From NCBI GenBank assembly GCA_026770705.1, contig JANJGN010000013.1, positions 23,250,001 through 23,314,000 of the forward strand: a stretch of 64,000 bases of DNA. The letters are read 5' to 3'. Source of the stretch: Isurus oxyrinchus (Eukaryota). The translations under genes were made by a program, and so were the position numbers. The notes under the pieces are model-generated. The model ran no database searches. It saw only the letters and a program-made list of their open reading frames with translations, and was not told the DNA's origin. Shown one piece after another: positions 38,254 to 51,014 of this stretch; positions within the stretch are counted from its first letter, which is position 1; the number at the start of each line of letters is the position of its first letter.

Positions 38254-38828
38254 GGCTGGATTTTCCTGACCCCGGGATGTCAGGCTAGGAGGCTGGCCAG
38301 GAAAATAGCGGGGAGCCATGTTGGCACGGTTCTCCAATAAGGTTCCGCCCCCAGGGAAGTTTCCTAGCAGACTGCTGATTGGTCGTCGAATGGCTGGAAG
38401 CAGCAACCTTTTTAAATAACTAAAGGCCCTATTAAAGGAAAAGTTTCCAAGCTGCCAGCATGTTGCTAGAGGCTGGAGCCTCCACAGCCCAAAGAGGGGC
38501 TGGGGGCAGGAAGGCCGCACCCTCAGCCCAATAGGCTTTCCGAAAGGAACCCTCAGAATTTTAATTTTAGAACTTACCTCTCCAAGGCCTCGCGATCTCC
38601 TACTTACCTTAGCAGCACCCACCTCTTTTGGGGCTGCTGAGGCGTCAGAGTTGCCTACCCTCTGGCTGGGCTGGCAGCATTGGGAGCCCATCCCGGACCT
38701 GGAAGTTGCCAAACAGGAGACCACCTCTGAGAAAATAGCTGAGCTGCTCCCATAGCTGACAAGTGAGGGCTTGGGCCCCCATTTTATCCCAACATTGGGG
38801 TACAAACGCCCATGGTAAGATCCTGCCC
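38254..38828. mobile_element. Harbinger-type MITE
   Basis: TIR-like GGCTGGATTTT / AAGATCCTGCCC with ATT duplication; about 77 bp downstream of exon 7. Confidence 0.7.
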
Positions 38829-39294
38829 ATTAACTCTGAAACACATCACAACCAGTTAGAGCTGAGCCTGTCCCTTATATCAGGCCTTTGAAAAAGGTTT
38901 GCATTTATGTTAGCCTGACTGAGTTTCTTAGCTAATTGCTAACATGGTGTAATAATAGCTTAATTTGAGGTACATTTTTATTATGTAGACAAACAACAGT
39001 CTCTTTACATTCAGCAAGATTCTACAAATAGTAATGATCAGTTAATTGCTTTAGGCAGTACATCACAGAAATAGGCCATTCCCCCCAACAGGTCCATGCG
39101 TGTCATGCTCCATGCAAGTCTCCTTCTAAATAGAATCCTTCTTTTTCAAACCCCAGCAACATGTCCCTCTATTCTTTTCTACCCCATATGTTAATCTAAC
39201 TTCCCTTTAAATATATCTAAGTTAATTGCCTCAAGTATTCCTTGCAGTTTAGGCATTTTCACATTTTAACTGTTCTCTGGGTAAGTCTCCCCTG

Positions 39295-39672
39295 AAGTAG
39301 TTGGTCACTCTATCACCTCTGAATCGCAAGGTTGTGGGTTAAGTTCCACTCCAGAGACTGACACTCCAGTACAGTACTGAAGGAGTGCTGCACTGTCAGA
39401 GATGCTGTCTTTTGGATGAAATGCTAAACTGAGGCCCTGTCTGTCCTCTCAGATGGATGTAAAAGATCCTATGGCACTATTTTAAAGAAGAGCAGGGGAG
39501 TAATCTTTAGTATCCTGCTCAACATTTATCTCTCAATCAACATAAAAACAGAAAATCTGATCATTATCAAATTGCTGTTTGTGGGAGCTTGCTGTGTGCA
39601 AATTGCCTGCCATATTTGCTACATTACAACAGTGACTACACTACAAGTGCTGTAAAGCACTTTGGGACATCC
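39295..39672 (+). mobile_element. tRNA-derived Deu-domain SINE (SacSINE1/AmnSINE1-like)
   Basis: CAGTACTGAAGGAGTGCTGCACTGTC...GTAAAAGATCC...GAAGAGCAGGGGAG...ATTGCTGTTTGTGGGAGCTTGCTGTG core and a LINE-like tail. Confidence 0.8.
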
Positions 39673-39759
39673 AACGTTTACCCTGTCAAATCCTTTCATA
39701 ATTTGAAAGAACTCAACAGGTTATCCCTCAGTCTTATTTATGTGTCCGTACCTGCCAGA

Positions 39760-41075
39760 TACATCTGGAATAAAAAGCTAGTCTCTGTAATGATGATCAT
39801 GAAACTACTGGATTGTTCTAAAGTCCATCTGGTTACTAATGACCTTTAGGGAAGGAAATCTGCCATCATTACCTGGTCTGGCCTATATGTGACTCCAGAC
39901 CTATGACAGTGTGGTTGACTCTGAACTGCAAGTCATTCAGTTGTAACAAACCGCTACAGAAAAGTCAAATCAGAATAAAATCAGTATGTCCTAGGCACCA
40001 GAATCAACAAATGCACACCTTTCCCAGTCAACACTGTGAAGTCTCCCTCATTAACAACTGGAAACATATGGCAAGATTGGGAGAGCTGTTCCACAGACCA
40101 TTCAAACAACAGAGTAATACTCTGCAACAGCACCTTTCAAAGCTCTGTACCAAGAAGGACAAGGACAGCAGACACGTGGGGCAGAATTTTACGAGTCGGC
40201 GAGTGGGGGCGGGGCGTGCTAGCCGACGCGTACAATGATGTGCGGTGAGGTCAGGGGGAACTCCCGATGTCACCATGCCCCATTTAAATTTTCAGGAAGG
40301 CGGGAGCACAGCAAAATCAGCTGCTGCGCCCGCCGACCTGTCAGTGGCCAATTGAGGCCATTGACAGAGTCAGTTAAGTAATTAATGGACCTGCCTGTCC
40401 AACCTTAAGGTCGGCGGGCAGACCAGGAGCCCTGGTGGCAACTGGAAAAAACATGAAACCTCATCAATGGGCGGGATGAGGTTTCATGTAGGCATAAAAA
40501 ATTTTAATAAATATTTTGTAAAAATTATGGACATATCTTAACTCCTGTGATATTGTTACATGAGGGGATATGTAAGGGAAATTTTTTATTTTTTATTTTT
40601 AATATTTTTGAAAGTTCAGCCGATCTTCCTGAGGCAGTATTTAGCCTCAGGGAGATGAGTGCGCTCTTTCGTGCGCATGCGCAAAAGAGCACACTCTGGA
40701 TTTTGGGAATTCTTCCCCCCCCGCCCACACAGGGAGCGCATAGCCTTAATTGGCCCGCCCACATAAAATGGCGCCGCGCTTCCAATCAGGGGCACCGATT
40801 GGAAGCACACTCCTATGTGCCCGCCCATCAACTCCCCCCCCCCCCCCCCCCCCCCCCAACTGGGGGACAATTCAGCCCATGGGAACACCACCATCTGCAA
40901 GTTGCCCCCCAAGTCAAACACCATCCTGACTTCGAACTATATCGCAAATCCTTCACTGTCACTGGGTTAAAATCCTGGAACTCCCTCCCTAAAGGCACAT
41001 GGGTGTACCTACATCGCATGGGCTGCAGTGGTTCAAGAAGGTGGCTCCTCTTTCTCAAGGGCAATTAGGGTTGGG
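39760..41075 (+). mobile_element. Internally deleted derivative of the tRNA-headed LINE, split by a MITE
   Basis: 5' part matches 56560-56940; 3' part matches 59225-59490. Confidence 0.75.
40179..40878. mobile_element. 700-bp Harbinger-type MITE
   Basis: TIRs GGGCAGAATT / AATTCAGCCC; TSD GTG/ATG; the host LINE sequence rejoins across it. Contains a C24 tract at 40834-40857. Confidence 0.85.
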
Positions 41076-41589
41076 TATTTTGTGGGTGCATTTTTGCATG
41101 AACCACAAATTAACTGTTAGTTTAAACGGCTACTTCCCATCTCTGGACCATGCCTGCTTTTTGCTTTCCTCAGTGAACACTGGATCTTTTCTCAAATTCG
41201 GCTTTGTAAATTCCTGGACAAATGACTACAGTGTAATTCTCAGTTGCTGTGCCTCTTTTAAAGTAACTTTGATGAGCTGACACTCCTTTTCCCCAACTGC
41301 TGCAGTTTACTGCTATGCTTGGAACTGGTCTACTAGTTCTACTGGTTTTTCAGCTTCAGCTATAACCTGGTTCCTTGCCAGAGATTCATTCTCCTGGGCT
41401 GAAGTACATTTCTCTGCTATTTCTAAATCTAATGGTGATGTCCCCATCATCCTTCTACCCCGTAACCGATTCTGCACGCCTGGATATTAATTCCCGGGGA
41501 AATGCCTCCTATAGTGCATGCTCCAATACTCTACCCTTCAAATAGCTTTCAGACTCTCTCACCTGCCAACCTGCCTCCAAATTTGGGCA

Positions 41590-43575
41590 ACAGTCTGACT
41601 GCTGCCTCCACCCATCATGTCAACTTTATCCCATCCTAGGATCTCTGGCTTTAACTCTGGACCCTCTTACTCTCTCCTCTCTTTTCCCTGTTTAATACCA
41701 GCATGTGTGTATCCTAATAATTGCTATAGAACAACACCTATGTCACTTGAGTTTTTCCTCTGCCCATTCGCTGGCATGTTTTGGCTGTCACTCTGGACCC
41801 AAGCCCATCCCTTCTATTTTTACTTTCTCTTTACCATTTTCTCACTTCTTCACTCTTTACCTTTCCTAGGCTCCTCTCTCCTGTCACCATGCCTCCTTTC
41901 AATTCTCAACTCTCAGGTGCTGTGCCCTCCCAAGTCCCCCCCAACCCAAAGCACTGCTCAATCCTTCTACTTTCCTGCTGCTGTCCAGGTTTTACCTGCT
42001 TAGATAAGCCTACAGTTTCCTTCTGTGTCTTCTTGGCATTCTCTAAAGTGCCCATTAAGGTACTCGTCTCTTTTTCCTCATGAGCAGTAGTACAAACTGC
42101 CCCTTCCCACTCTCTCGCTGAACTTACTGTCCAGTAGCTAGCTGAGTCTATTCACTTGTGAACAAGTCACTTGCTATCCATGAATTTACTCTGAATGATT
42201 GCATAGATATCATGGCCATTGACAGGAACCTTGCTGAGGGACGATGACACCTTCCCTGTCTGGCTGTACTGTTCATCATATGCCTTGCCCAGACCATCAC
42301 ATTGTGGCTGTTATCACCAAATCACAACTTACTCTGACCCCCTACTCCTTTTCCGCTTTCTCCTCCTTTGAATATCTCATTGCATGTTTAAAATCCTCAT
42401 TCTGCACCACTTACCTGAGTACCATAAACATTTTCTCACCAAAGTATCTTCACTGCCTTCCTCCCTCAGCCTCTGCACTGTGTGACTTTTTATTGGTGAA
42501 TTCAACCATCGATTCATTATTTTTTCTTCTCTCAAGTTCACTGTCTTCCTATCTCTCTTAATTTCTCTCCAAAAACTAACTTTCCAGCTAGTATATTCAC
42601 AGCCACCTTCTTGACCTTGCCATCTCAAGTGGCCTCGCTTACTCCCATTGTGTCAATAACAGATAAGGCCATCTTTTATCATTTCTTTCTATGGCTCTCC
42701 ACTTACATCCCAGTTCCCTTCCAACCCTCATTCCTTCGCTATCTGCCCCTGGAAAAGCTTTCTCCCAATTCACTTACAACTGCACTTTCAGAATCTCAAC
42801 TGTCTAGCCCTTTGGCCATTCATTCACCACAACATTTCTGCAGTTATCAAACACATCCTCATCTGCACCCTAGATCTAATTGTTTCAGTTTGACTCAGAC
42901 AGTTCACAGCTTTGCTGTCATATCTGATCCTGAGATGAGCTTCTGATTACACATCTGCACTGTTGTTAAGACCACCTATTTCCACCTTCATGACATTGCC
43001 CGAATCCGTCCCTGTCTCAGCTCAACTGTAGCTGAACCCTCATCCTGTGTCATTGTACCTCTAGATAACTATTCCCACATTCTACTCTTTATAAACTTGA
43101 GATCATCCAAAACTCTGCTGCCCAAGTCCTAAATGCACTAAGCTCTGTTCACCTATCACCCCTGTACTCACTGACCTACACTGGTTTCCAAGCTACAGCT
43201 CAATGGTAAAATTCTCATTCTTGTTTTCAAATCTCTCCGTGGTCTTCTCCTTTTCTATCTCTGTAATCTCCTCCAGCACTACAAACTTTTCAGATAGCTG
43301 TGCTCCTCCAATTCTGGCCAGTTGTGCATTCCCAATTTTAATCATTCCACTATTGGTGGCTGTGCCTTCAGCTGACAAGACCCTATGCTCTGGAATGTCC
43401 CTTCTAAACCTCTCTATCACCCTTTTCTCCTTTAGGATGCTCTTTAAAATCTATGTTCTTTACGAAGCTTTTGGTCATCTAGCTTAATATCTCCTTATGT
43501 ACCAAATGGTGTTTGATAACATTCCTATGAAGTACTTTGGGACATTTTACTCTGGTAAAGGTGCTAGATAAATCT
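41590..43575 (+). mobile_element. Old L2-type LINE fragments
   Basis: Pyrimidine-rich degenerate ORF2 (TTYFHLHDIARIRPCL, IQNSAAQVL) and an L2-like tail TTTGGGACATTTTACT...AAAGGTGCTAGATAAAT. Confidence 0.65.
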
Positions 43576-44111
43576 ATGGCCTCTCAAGGGCCGCATTCCA
43601 TCTTCACTGCTATTTTATGTGTGGAAGGGGAAGGCAAGTACGATTGTCAACTCTGGCTGGACATATTCCAGGAGATATCGGCCGAAGTGACGTCATGGAA
43701 AGCCAGTGGTGTGGCTTGAGCAGGTTCTAGATTTATGAGTTAGCCCCACAAACTGAGATACATGAATACAAATCCTGCCCCACCTCCTCTTACTACTGTT
43801 GCTGCACAATAATTGGGATGGGGAGAGAGATACTGGAAACATCAACAACAAGAAAACTTCAATCTCAACTGAACTGCTACTTACCCTCTGTCACAGCCGT
43901 ATCCAGCCACGACTTTCTCCTCACCTTCTGGGCACTCTGGGAGTTGCAGTCTGCTCTCCAGCCAGTTCCTCGCTCTCCGCCACACAGAGATAGAGAGACT
44001 ACATTTCACAGCCAACACCACGGGATCCTCCTTTCTGGTTTGTGGAGTGATGATGCCATGGACCAAACTGGCCCAACTCACTCCATGGCTTCAATATTAT
44101 TTTAAAATCTC

Positions 44112-44725
44112 CTGGACGATTTTCTTTGGCCACCAGGAGATTGATGCAGACTCCCAGCCCTTTCAGGAAAGTTGGCAACCGTGGAGACAAAGCGGGTAGC
44201 CCAGCAGCTTTCACTGTGCAGGCTGCTGTTGGGAAAAAATTGGGAAGCACTTCCTTTTGCGGGGGTTCCCTGTGCCCATCAGAGGCAGCCTAGCCACTCT
44301 AAGATCATACCCCTACCCCTACCCCCCAATTTAACTCTGCCCCTCTGGCCTCTCAACCTGGCCCCCAACCCCTCCCATCACCCACTCCACCACCACTCTC
44401 CCTCTTGGGTTCTGCCAGCCAGGTCCATCCAAAGCCCCAAACTTACTTTAAAGTCCGAACTCCATCAGTCTTCCCCTTTGGGACTGCCTGCAACCCCAGC
44501 GGTGAGTACTACTTGATCCTGGCACAGTCAGGACTACAGGACTTCCAGGTAATCTGAATGGATGGGACTTCCTACCAGATGGGGGGTATAAGTCGCAGTC
44601 TGGAACAATTAAGGCCACTCCCAACGTTTATCACTGTGGGGCAGCTGGGTTTCAGGTAGGCGGGCTGATGACTTCTTGGTCAGAGGTAGGTGGGGAATAT
44701 AGTGCCCTGTAAAACCAAGTCCCAT
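44112..44725. mobile_element. Degenerate Harbinger-type MITE
   Basis: GC-rich block with TIR-like ends and CAATTAAGGCC motif; TSD unclear. Confidence 0.4.
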
Positions 44726-45099
44726 GTTAGAAACATATCAAAGAATCGAATAACAAAATGTCAGTTGGACTATCAATGCCGATCTCACTAAAGACTAAGT
44801 ACAATCTACTCTTATGGGCTTTAGTACATTAACTGTAATCTTCTGAGGAAGGTTTTGTATAGATACTTGCTAATCATCAAAAATAATCAAACAAAAGTCC
44901 AAAGCCTTCATCAATTTTTACATTTCTAAAATCCACTTCAGCCTCCTGTCCTCTAGACAGGTCGAGCTCTAACATCTGGGTCCAAACAGCATGAAAGAGT
45001 TAGGTCATATGGAATATTTCATAAACAAAATTAGATGAAAGGACTCTGTCTCTCGTGATGCACTAATTCTCATCTTGTCCTTTGTTTTGTATTATGCAG

Positions 45100-45236
45100 G
45101 GAGGAATACTGGGAGTAATTATAAGCTGGAGCTGTGACCTGGATAAGGCAGCTTCAGAATGTAAACCTCATTATTCCTTTAGGAGGCTCGATTCTGCATC
45201 CCAAGGTGGCGAGGCTTCCTTAGGGTATAATTTCAG
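45100..45236 (+). CDS. P2RX2: P2RX2 coding exon 8
   Basis: cag/ [45 protein letters not shown](R) /gtcagt; NFR ATP-binding motif. Confidence 0.95.
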
Positions 45237-45382
45237 GTCAGTGCATCCATTGTTTTTGGTGTTTGCTCTTATGTGTTGATATACTTACATGTGTTACTAC
45301 TTTAGAATTATTGTCGATCAGTGAAGGATTTTTTTTAAGCTTGAGAAGCCCAGGCAAGTGGACCAACATACATAAGGAAGGA

Positions 45383-45640
45383 CACATAGAAACATAGAAA
45401 ATAGGAGCAGGAGTAGGCGATTCAGATCCTTGAGCCTGCTCCGCCATTCATTATGATCATGGCTGATCATCCAACTCAATAGCCTGCTTCCGCTTTCTCC
45501 CCATATACTTTGATCCCTTTTGCCCCAAGAGCTATATCTAACTCCTTGAAAACATACAATGTTTTGGCCTCAACTACTTTCTGTGGCAGTGAATTCCACA
45601 GGCTCACCAATCTCTGAGTGAAGAAATTTCTCCTCCACTA
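45383..45640 (-). mobile_element. CR1 3' end
   Basis: (ACATAGAA)n tail, then AGGAGCAGGAGTAGGC...CCGCCATTCA motif. Confidence 0.8.
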
Positions 45641-45703
45641 AGTTGAAAAACAAATGAAGGAAAAGACAAAGTAAATCAAGAAACAGTGGTTAGTTGACAC
45701 CAA

Positions 45704-45992
45704 TGCCACTATCAGCACCTTTTTTTTTAGCCCTTACCACTACTATTAACTCCCTTTGTCCTTTAGTCCATGACATCATTGTCAATCTCTCCTTTGCCCC
45801 CACCTAACGCTGGCCTTCTATGCAGCTTCACCTGCTCCACTCCCTCCTTAAACAATATAAATTTCATCACATTTCTACTTCTCTCTAGCTCTGAAGAAGG
45901 GTCATACAGATTCGAAATGCTAACTCTGTTTCTTTCTCCACAGGTGTTGTCAGACCTGCTGAGTTTTTCCAGCATTTTCTGTTTTTGTTTGT
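45704..45992 (+). mobile_element. Penelope-type 3' terminal fragment with 15-bp TSD and decayed hammerhead motif
   Basis: GTTAGTTGACACCAA at 45689-45703 and 45993-46007. CTGAAGA-A-GGGTC-ataca-GATTC-GAAAT at 45891-45918. Confidence 0.8.
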
Positions 45993-46299
45993 GTTAGTTG
46001 ACACCAAGTTTATTTTTCAAAAACCTCTATGTTATAAGGACAGCATTCAGGATGGAGTATTTGGAACTTGGGAAGGAGGAGAGGAAAAAAAAACTTAAAG
46101 GAAAAAGACCATAAATGTTGGCATTTCAAACCCTTTCCCAATATAAACAATACACAATTGAGCATTCATGAATTCCATCCACAGCATTCAATAGCTTGAA
46201 GAATTCTACTAAATACAGGATTTCCAAGGCCATGAGCATTGGTGGTTACAGTATGGAAGAACTTCAATTGTACAGGTTGACTTAAATAATACAAATTGT

Positions 46300-46930
46300 A
46301 ATAAAAACAGATAATGCTATGAATGCTCAGTGAATGGGCAACATCTGTGGAGAGCGAAAGGTAGGGTTAATGTTTCAGGTTGATGACCTTTAGTCAGAAC
46401 TGGAAGATGTTACTGGAACAATAGTCCAGAAGCAGGTGAAAGGGCAGGCATTGTATCTCCTGCTTCCATGAGAAGAAGCTGGGGAAAGAGAACAAGTGTT
46501 GGGGTGATACAGGAGTGCACTAGGGTGTCATGGAGGGAACAAACCCTTATGAATCCTGAATGGGGAGGGTAGGGGAGGATGTATTTGTTTGTATGTGTCG
46601 GTTGTGGAAATGGTGCAGGAAGGTCTGTCAAATGTGGAGACTCGTAGAGTGGAAAGTGAACAAAAGGGAGCTGTGTCATAGTTCTGGAACGCAGGAAATG
46701 GGATGGACACGGTTGAGGGCCTTGATCACCATGAGGGAGAAGTCTCCATTGAGGAAAATGGTCAACATTTTGGAAGCTCTGGTTGAAAGCGAATGTAATA
46801 GAAATGGAGAAAGGAACAGAATCCCTGCAGAGTGAGAAAGATATAATTGAGGCGGCAAAGGGAGTTGATGGGTTTGGAGCAGATATCAGTCTACCCCCAG
46901 AAGTGGAGAATTCAAGGAGAAGGGAAGTGT
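46300..46930 (-). mobile_element. Degenerate Penelope-like element (RT C-terminus + terminal repeat)
   Basis: RASKMLTIFLNGDFS...ALNRV and SLHDTLVHS remnants, followed on the minus strand by CTGACTA-AAGGTC-atca-ACCT-GAAAC and a T-rich end. Confidence 0.6.
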
Positions 46931-47064
46931 CGCCTCTTTGGTGGTTACCACATCAGAGCATGATTTTTAATAAAATGTACCCATCCAAAACTTTAATCTG
47001 CCTTTTCTCTTTCCAGTGCTAACATATTTTCTACGTGTTGCCAGAATTTTCTGTTATTTCACCA

Positions 47065-48890
47065 ATGGAGGCCATTTGGCCCTCATACCCAAGGTGGCTC
47101 TCTGAAAGGACTATCTAATTTATCTCACTGTCCTGCTCCTTTCCCATCACCCTGAATGTTTTTCCTTTTCAAGTTTATACAAAGGTCCCTTTTGAAAGTC
47201 ACTGTTGAATCTGCTTCCAGCCACCTTTTAGGAGTGCATTCCAGATCATAACAACAGGTTGTGTTTTAAAAAAAACTCATTTCCCTCCAGGGGATTCTTT
47301 AGGCAATTTTATTTTTTCATTCATTCACGGGATGTGGGCTTCGCTAGCTAGGCCAGCATTTATTGCCCATCCTTAGTTGCCCTTGAGAAGGTGGTGGTGA
47401 GCTGCCTTCTTGAACCCTGCAGTTCATGTGCTGTATCTTATCTTATACCCTTGTACACCGTTTACTGATGTTCTTGACAGTGAAAACAATTTCTCTTTCT
47501 TAAAACCTTTCATAATTTGAACATGTCTATTAAATATCCCCTTCCATTTGCTGTTCTAAGGATAGTGATCCCAGATTCTGGAATCTATGATTCTGTAGTC
47601 TCTCCACATTACTGAAGTACCTCATTCCTGGTACCAAACTATTAAATCTTCGTTGCATCCTCTTCAAGGCCTTAAAGTCCTTCCTAAAGTGTAGTTACCC
47701 AGAATCAGACAGAGTATTTGCAGCTAAGGCCCAACTAGTGATTTATATACGAACATATGAATTAGGAGCAGGAGTAGACCATTTGAGCCCTTGAGCCTGC
47801 TCCGCCATTCAATAAGATCATGGCTGATCTGATTGTAGCCTTCTGCTAATACCCTTTGACTCCCTTGTTAGTCAATAATCCACCTAGGTGTGCCTTAAAA
47901 AATATTCAATGACCGTGCCTCTAACACTCTGGGGAAGACAGTTCCACAGATTCATGACCCTCTAGGAGAAAATTCTCCTCATCTCTGTCTTAAATGAGAG
48001 ACCCCTTATTTTTAAACTGTGTTCCCTATTTCTGGTCTCCCCCACAAGGGAAACTATTCTTTCAGCATCCACTCTGTCAAGTCCCCTCAGGATCTTATAT
48101 GTTTCAATAAGATCACCTCTCATCCTTCAATGTCCAATCTTTCCTCATAAGAAATCCCCCTCATCCCAGGAATCAGTCAAATGAACCTTCTCTGATTGCT
48201 TCTAATGCCCTTTCTTAAATAAGGAGACCAGATCTGTACACCGTACTCCAAATGTGGCCTCATCAGTGCCCTGTACAGCTGTAGCAGAACATCCCTGCTT
48301 TATATTCCATTCCCATTGCACTAAATGACAACATTCCATAATCTCTAGCTGCACCTGCATGCTAACTATTTTTTGTAATTCATGCACTAGCACCCAGGTC
48401 TCTCTGTACCACAGAGTTCTGCAATCTTTCTTCATTTAAATGAAATGCTGCTTTTCTATTCCTCCTGACAAAGTAGACAAGTTCACATTTTCCCACATTA
48501 TACTCCATCTGCCAATTTTTTACCCACTAATTTAACCTACCTATATCCCTTTGTAGTCCCCTTATATCCTCTTACCAACTTAATTTCCTATATCTTTGTG
48601 TCATCAACAAATTTAGCATTATACATTCGGTCCCTTCATCCAAATTACTAATATAGGCTGTAAATAGTTGAGCCCCAGCACTGATCTCTGTGACATTCCA
48701 CTTATGACATCTTGCCAACCTAAAAATGACCTATTTATGCCTACTCTCTGCTTCCTGTTAGCTAACCAATTCTCTCTCCATGTTAGTATGTTACTCCCTA
48801 CAACATGAACTCTTACTTTGTGTTGTAACCTTTGAAGTACCACCTTGTCAAATGCCTTCTGGAAATCTAAGTACAGCACATCCATAGGTC
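47065..48890 (-). mobile_element. Tandem CR1 fragments
   Basis: DVLYLDFQKAFDKV, WLANRKQRVGIN (48619-48885); CR1 tails at ~47065 and ~47750. Confidence 0.85.
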
Positions 48891-49135
48891 CTCCAGCAAT
48901 GGGGAATAATAATTTATAATAATTTATCTTCAGTTCTTCTTTTTAACTTTGAATTCATATTCCTCTCTCAACATTTGTGCAACCACATCTTCATCAATTA
49001 CACAGCATCTCATTATCACTGAACTTTGATGGGTGCAGCTCAAAATATTCAGATGTGACATTCAAGCAAAGACCTATAGCACCATAATAAAACTATAATC
49101 TCATTTTTTTTCTTTTTTCTGTGTCTGAATGACAG

Positions 49136-49226
49136 GCATGCAAAACACTACGTGGAGAATGGCACTGAATACAGAAATCTAATAAAAGTGTTTGGGATAA
49201 GAATTGACATTATTGTTCATGGTGAG
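49136..49226 (+). CDS. P2RX2: P2RX2 coding exon 9 (gene continues beyond window)
   Basis: cag/ HAKHYVENGTEYRNLIKVFGIRIDIIVHGE /gtaaaa; conserved K308-equivalent and GIRIDxIVHG. Confidence 0.94.
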
Positions 49227-49504
49227 GTAAAATCAATTTCTTCTTTTGAATTATTTGCCACTAACATGACTGACCAGTGAGTGTTAAACCTTTGCTGAAA
49301 GTGGCTTACTCTGTTACAGTGTGTTCTGCTTACTTGTAAGTTTTAAGCTTTCCCAGCTGTAGGTTAAGGTTTCAAAGTGGCCCATAGATTCCTTCCTTTT
49401 CAAAATGTCCATTATCACTACTCTCAAATGAGCCCATCCTTTGTCCTTCTGGTCTGTCTAACCCTATCTTTAGCTCCAGCTCATCTCTTCACAATTAGTG
49501 AGAG

Positions 49505-49730
49505 CTGTAGCTCAGCTGGTAGCACATATGCCTCTGAAACAGAAATTTATGTATTCAAGTCTTGTTGCAGAAATTGAGTACAAAAATCTAAGCTGACACT
49601 CCAGTATAGTACTGAGGGAGTCCTACACTGTCAGAGGTGCTATTTTTTGAGATGTTAAACCAAGGCCCTGTCTGCTCTTTTGAGTACACATAAAGGATCC
49701 CATTGCAATATTTTGAAGAAGAGCAGGTTA
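49505..49730 (+). mobile_element. Deu-domain SINE, 5' part
   Basis: tRNA-like head TAGCTCAGCTGGTAGCA followed by the same core as 39295-39672. Confidence 0.7.
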
Positions 49731-51014
49731 TTTTGTAGGAAAAAAACAAAACCGTTGCAGAGAGGGAAGCTCTAACCTAAATTAACCTGTTATTAGCATT
49801 TTGGTGGCAGTTAATCTAATATGAGCACATACTTTGTCAAAACATCTCACCTGGAGACCTGGATCAAGCAGTTGGTGAGTCTGATACATGGCATGGAACT
49901 TAGCATCTTAGAATGAGGCTATTCAGCCCATCATATTTATGCCTGATTTACTAAAGCAACCAAAACTCATCTCTCAATCTCACTTCTTCCCTGTATCTAC
50001 CTCTGCTTCAAATAAGTATCAGGCTTTTTCTTCAATCCCCTACTCCAGCTCCTCACTCTAGCTAAAGCTGCTGATGTGCAAATGCAGGGTCCTGTTTAGC
50101 CTCAAGGGAGTTGGAAATGTTGTTCTTGTTGATGGATATACAACATTTCCACATTCTTCATGTCACCTACCAACATTCTTGCGTCACTCCTAAACCTGGC
50201 CTCCGCCTTTCATATATTCTAATTTGGTTAACTCCACGTCACATGTACCCTTTCCCGCAATAAGTTCTTCCCACTAATCACCCTTATCTTAATCAACTTC
50301 AGTTGCCTCCCTGCCACAACACAATGATTTCAAAATCCTCATCATAAATCATTCTATTTATTGGCCAATGTTTCCTCTGCAAACTTCTCAATCTCAATGT
50401 CCTCATTTGCAAATTGTGCTCGTTCAGCTTTACCCTGTTTTGATTCCTCTCCAGCCTCTTATCATCCATTATATACCTGATGAAAAAACTGGAAGCTTTG
50501 TCCAGATATATATTAAAATTATTACGTGGAGGCTGAGCATGTGAACTACATTTATGTATTGAGGGCACATCATGATTGAGTTGTACGAAGAGGAGCTGCT
50601 TATAATACCACTTGTCTAATTGGTGAACCACATTCACTGATAAATAGTGTACACCCATTTGTGTGTCAAGAGATTATGTGCTGTGCCTACACATTTTATG
50701 GAGAATTGTATTGTTCATCATGCTGTTCATTCCTAATATTTAGATTCTACCTTGTGAGGACTGAAACATATGCTTAATTATCTCATTGCTAAACTTCTGG
50801 CTATTCTCTTTGGGGTTAGGAATGAGGAAGGTGAACAGTTTCTTTGGAAGCAAGGTGGCTCAAAATCAATTCAACTCTTTATCAAAATTGGCACTCCAAT
50901 GCTTAAGGCACAAACATCTGATGTACTTCAGGACTCTGTTGATGAACAGAACCGGGAAAGGTTAAGATTAGGGGTAGATTTTTCTTCATATTCCTTCGGA
51001 TGTGCGCGTCACTG

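Noticed and set aside
38209-38805. 198-aa minus-strand ORF; likewise 6316-6735 and 62548-63069
   Set aside because: Overlap MITE or LINE remnants or lack any domain signal or splice support; likely chance ORFs.
40547-41068. 173-aa ORF with polyproline (and polyglycine ORFs on the opposite strand)
   Set aside because: Artefact of a C24 tract inside a MITE that runs into a LINE tail.
49505-49570. tRNA gene
   Set aside because: Decayed tRNA-derived SINE head continuing into a Deu core; no cloverleaf.
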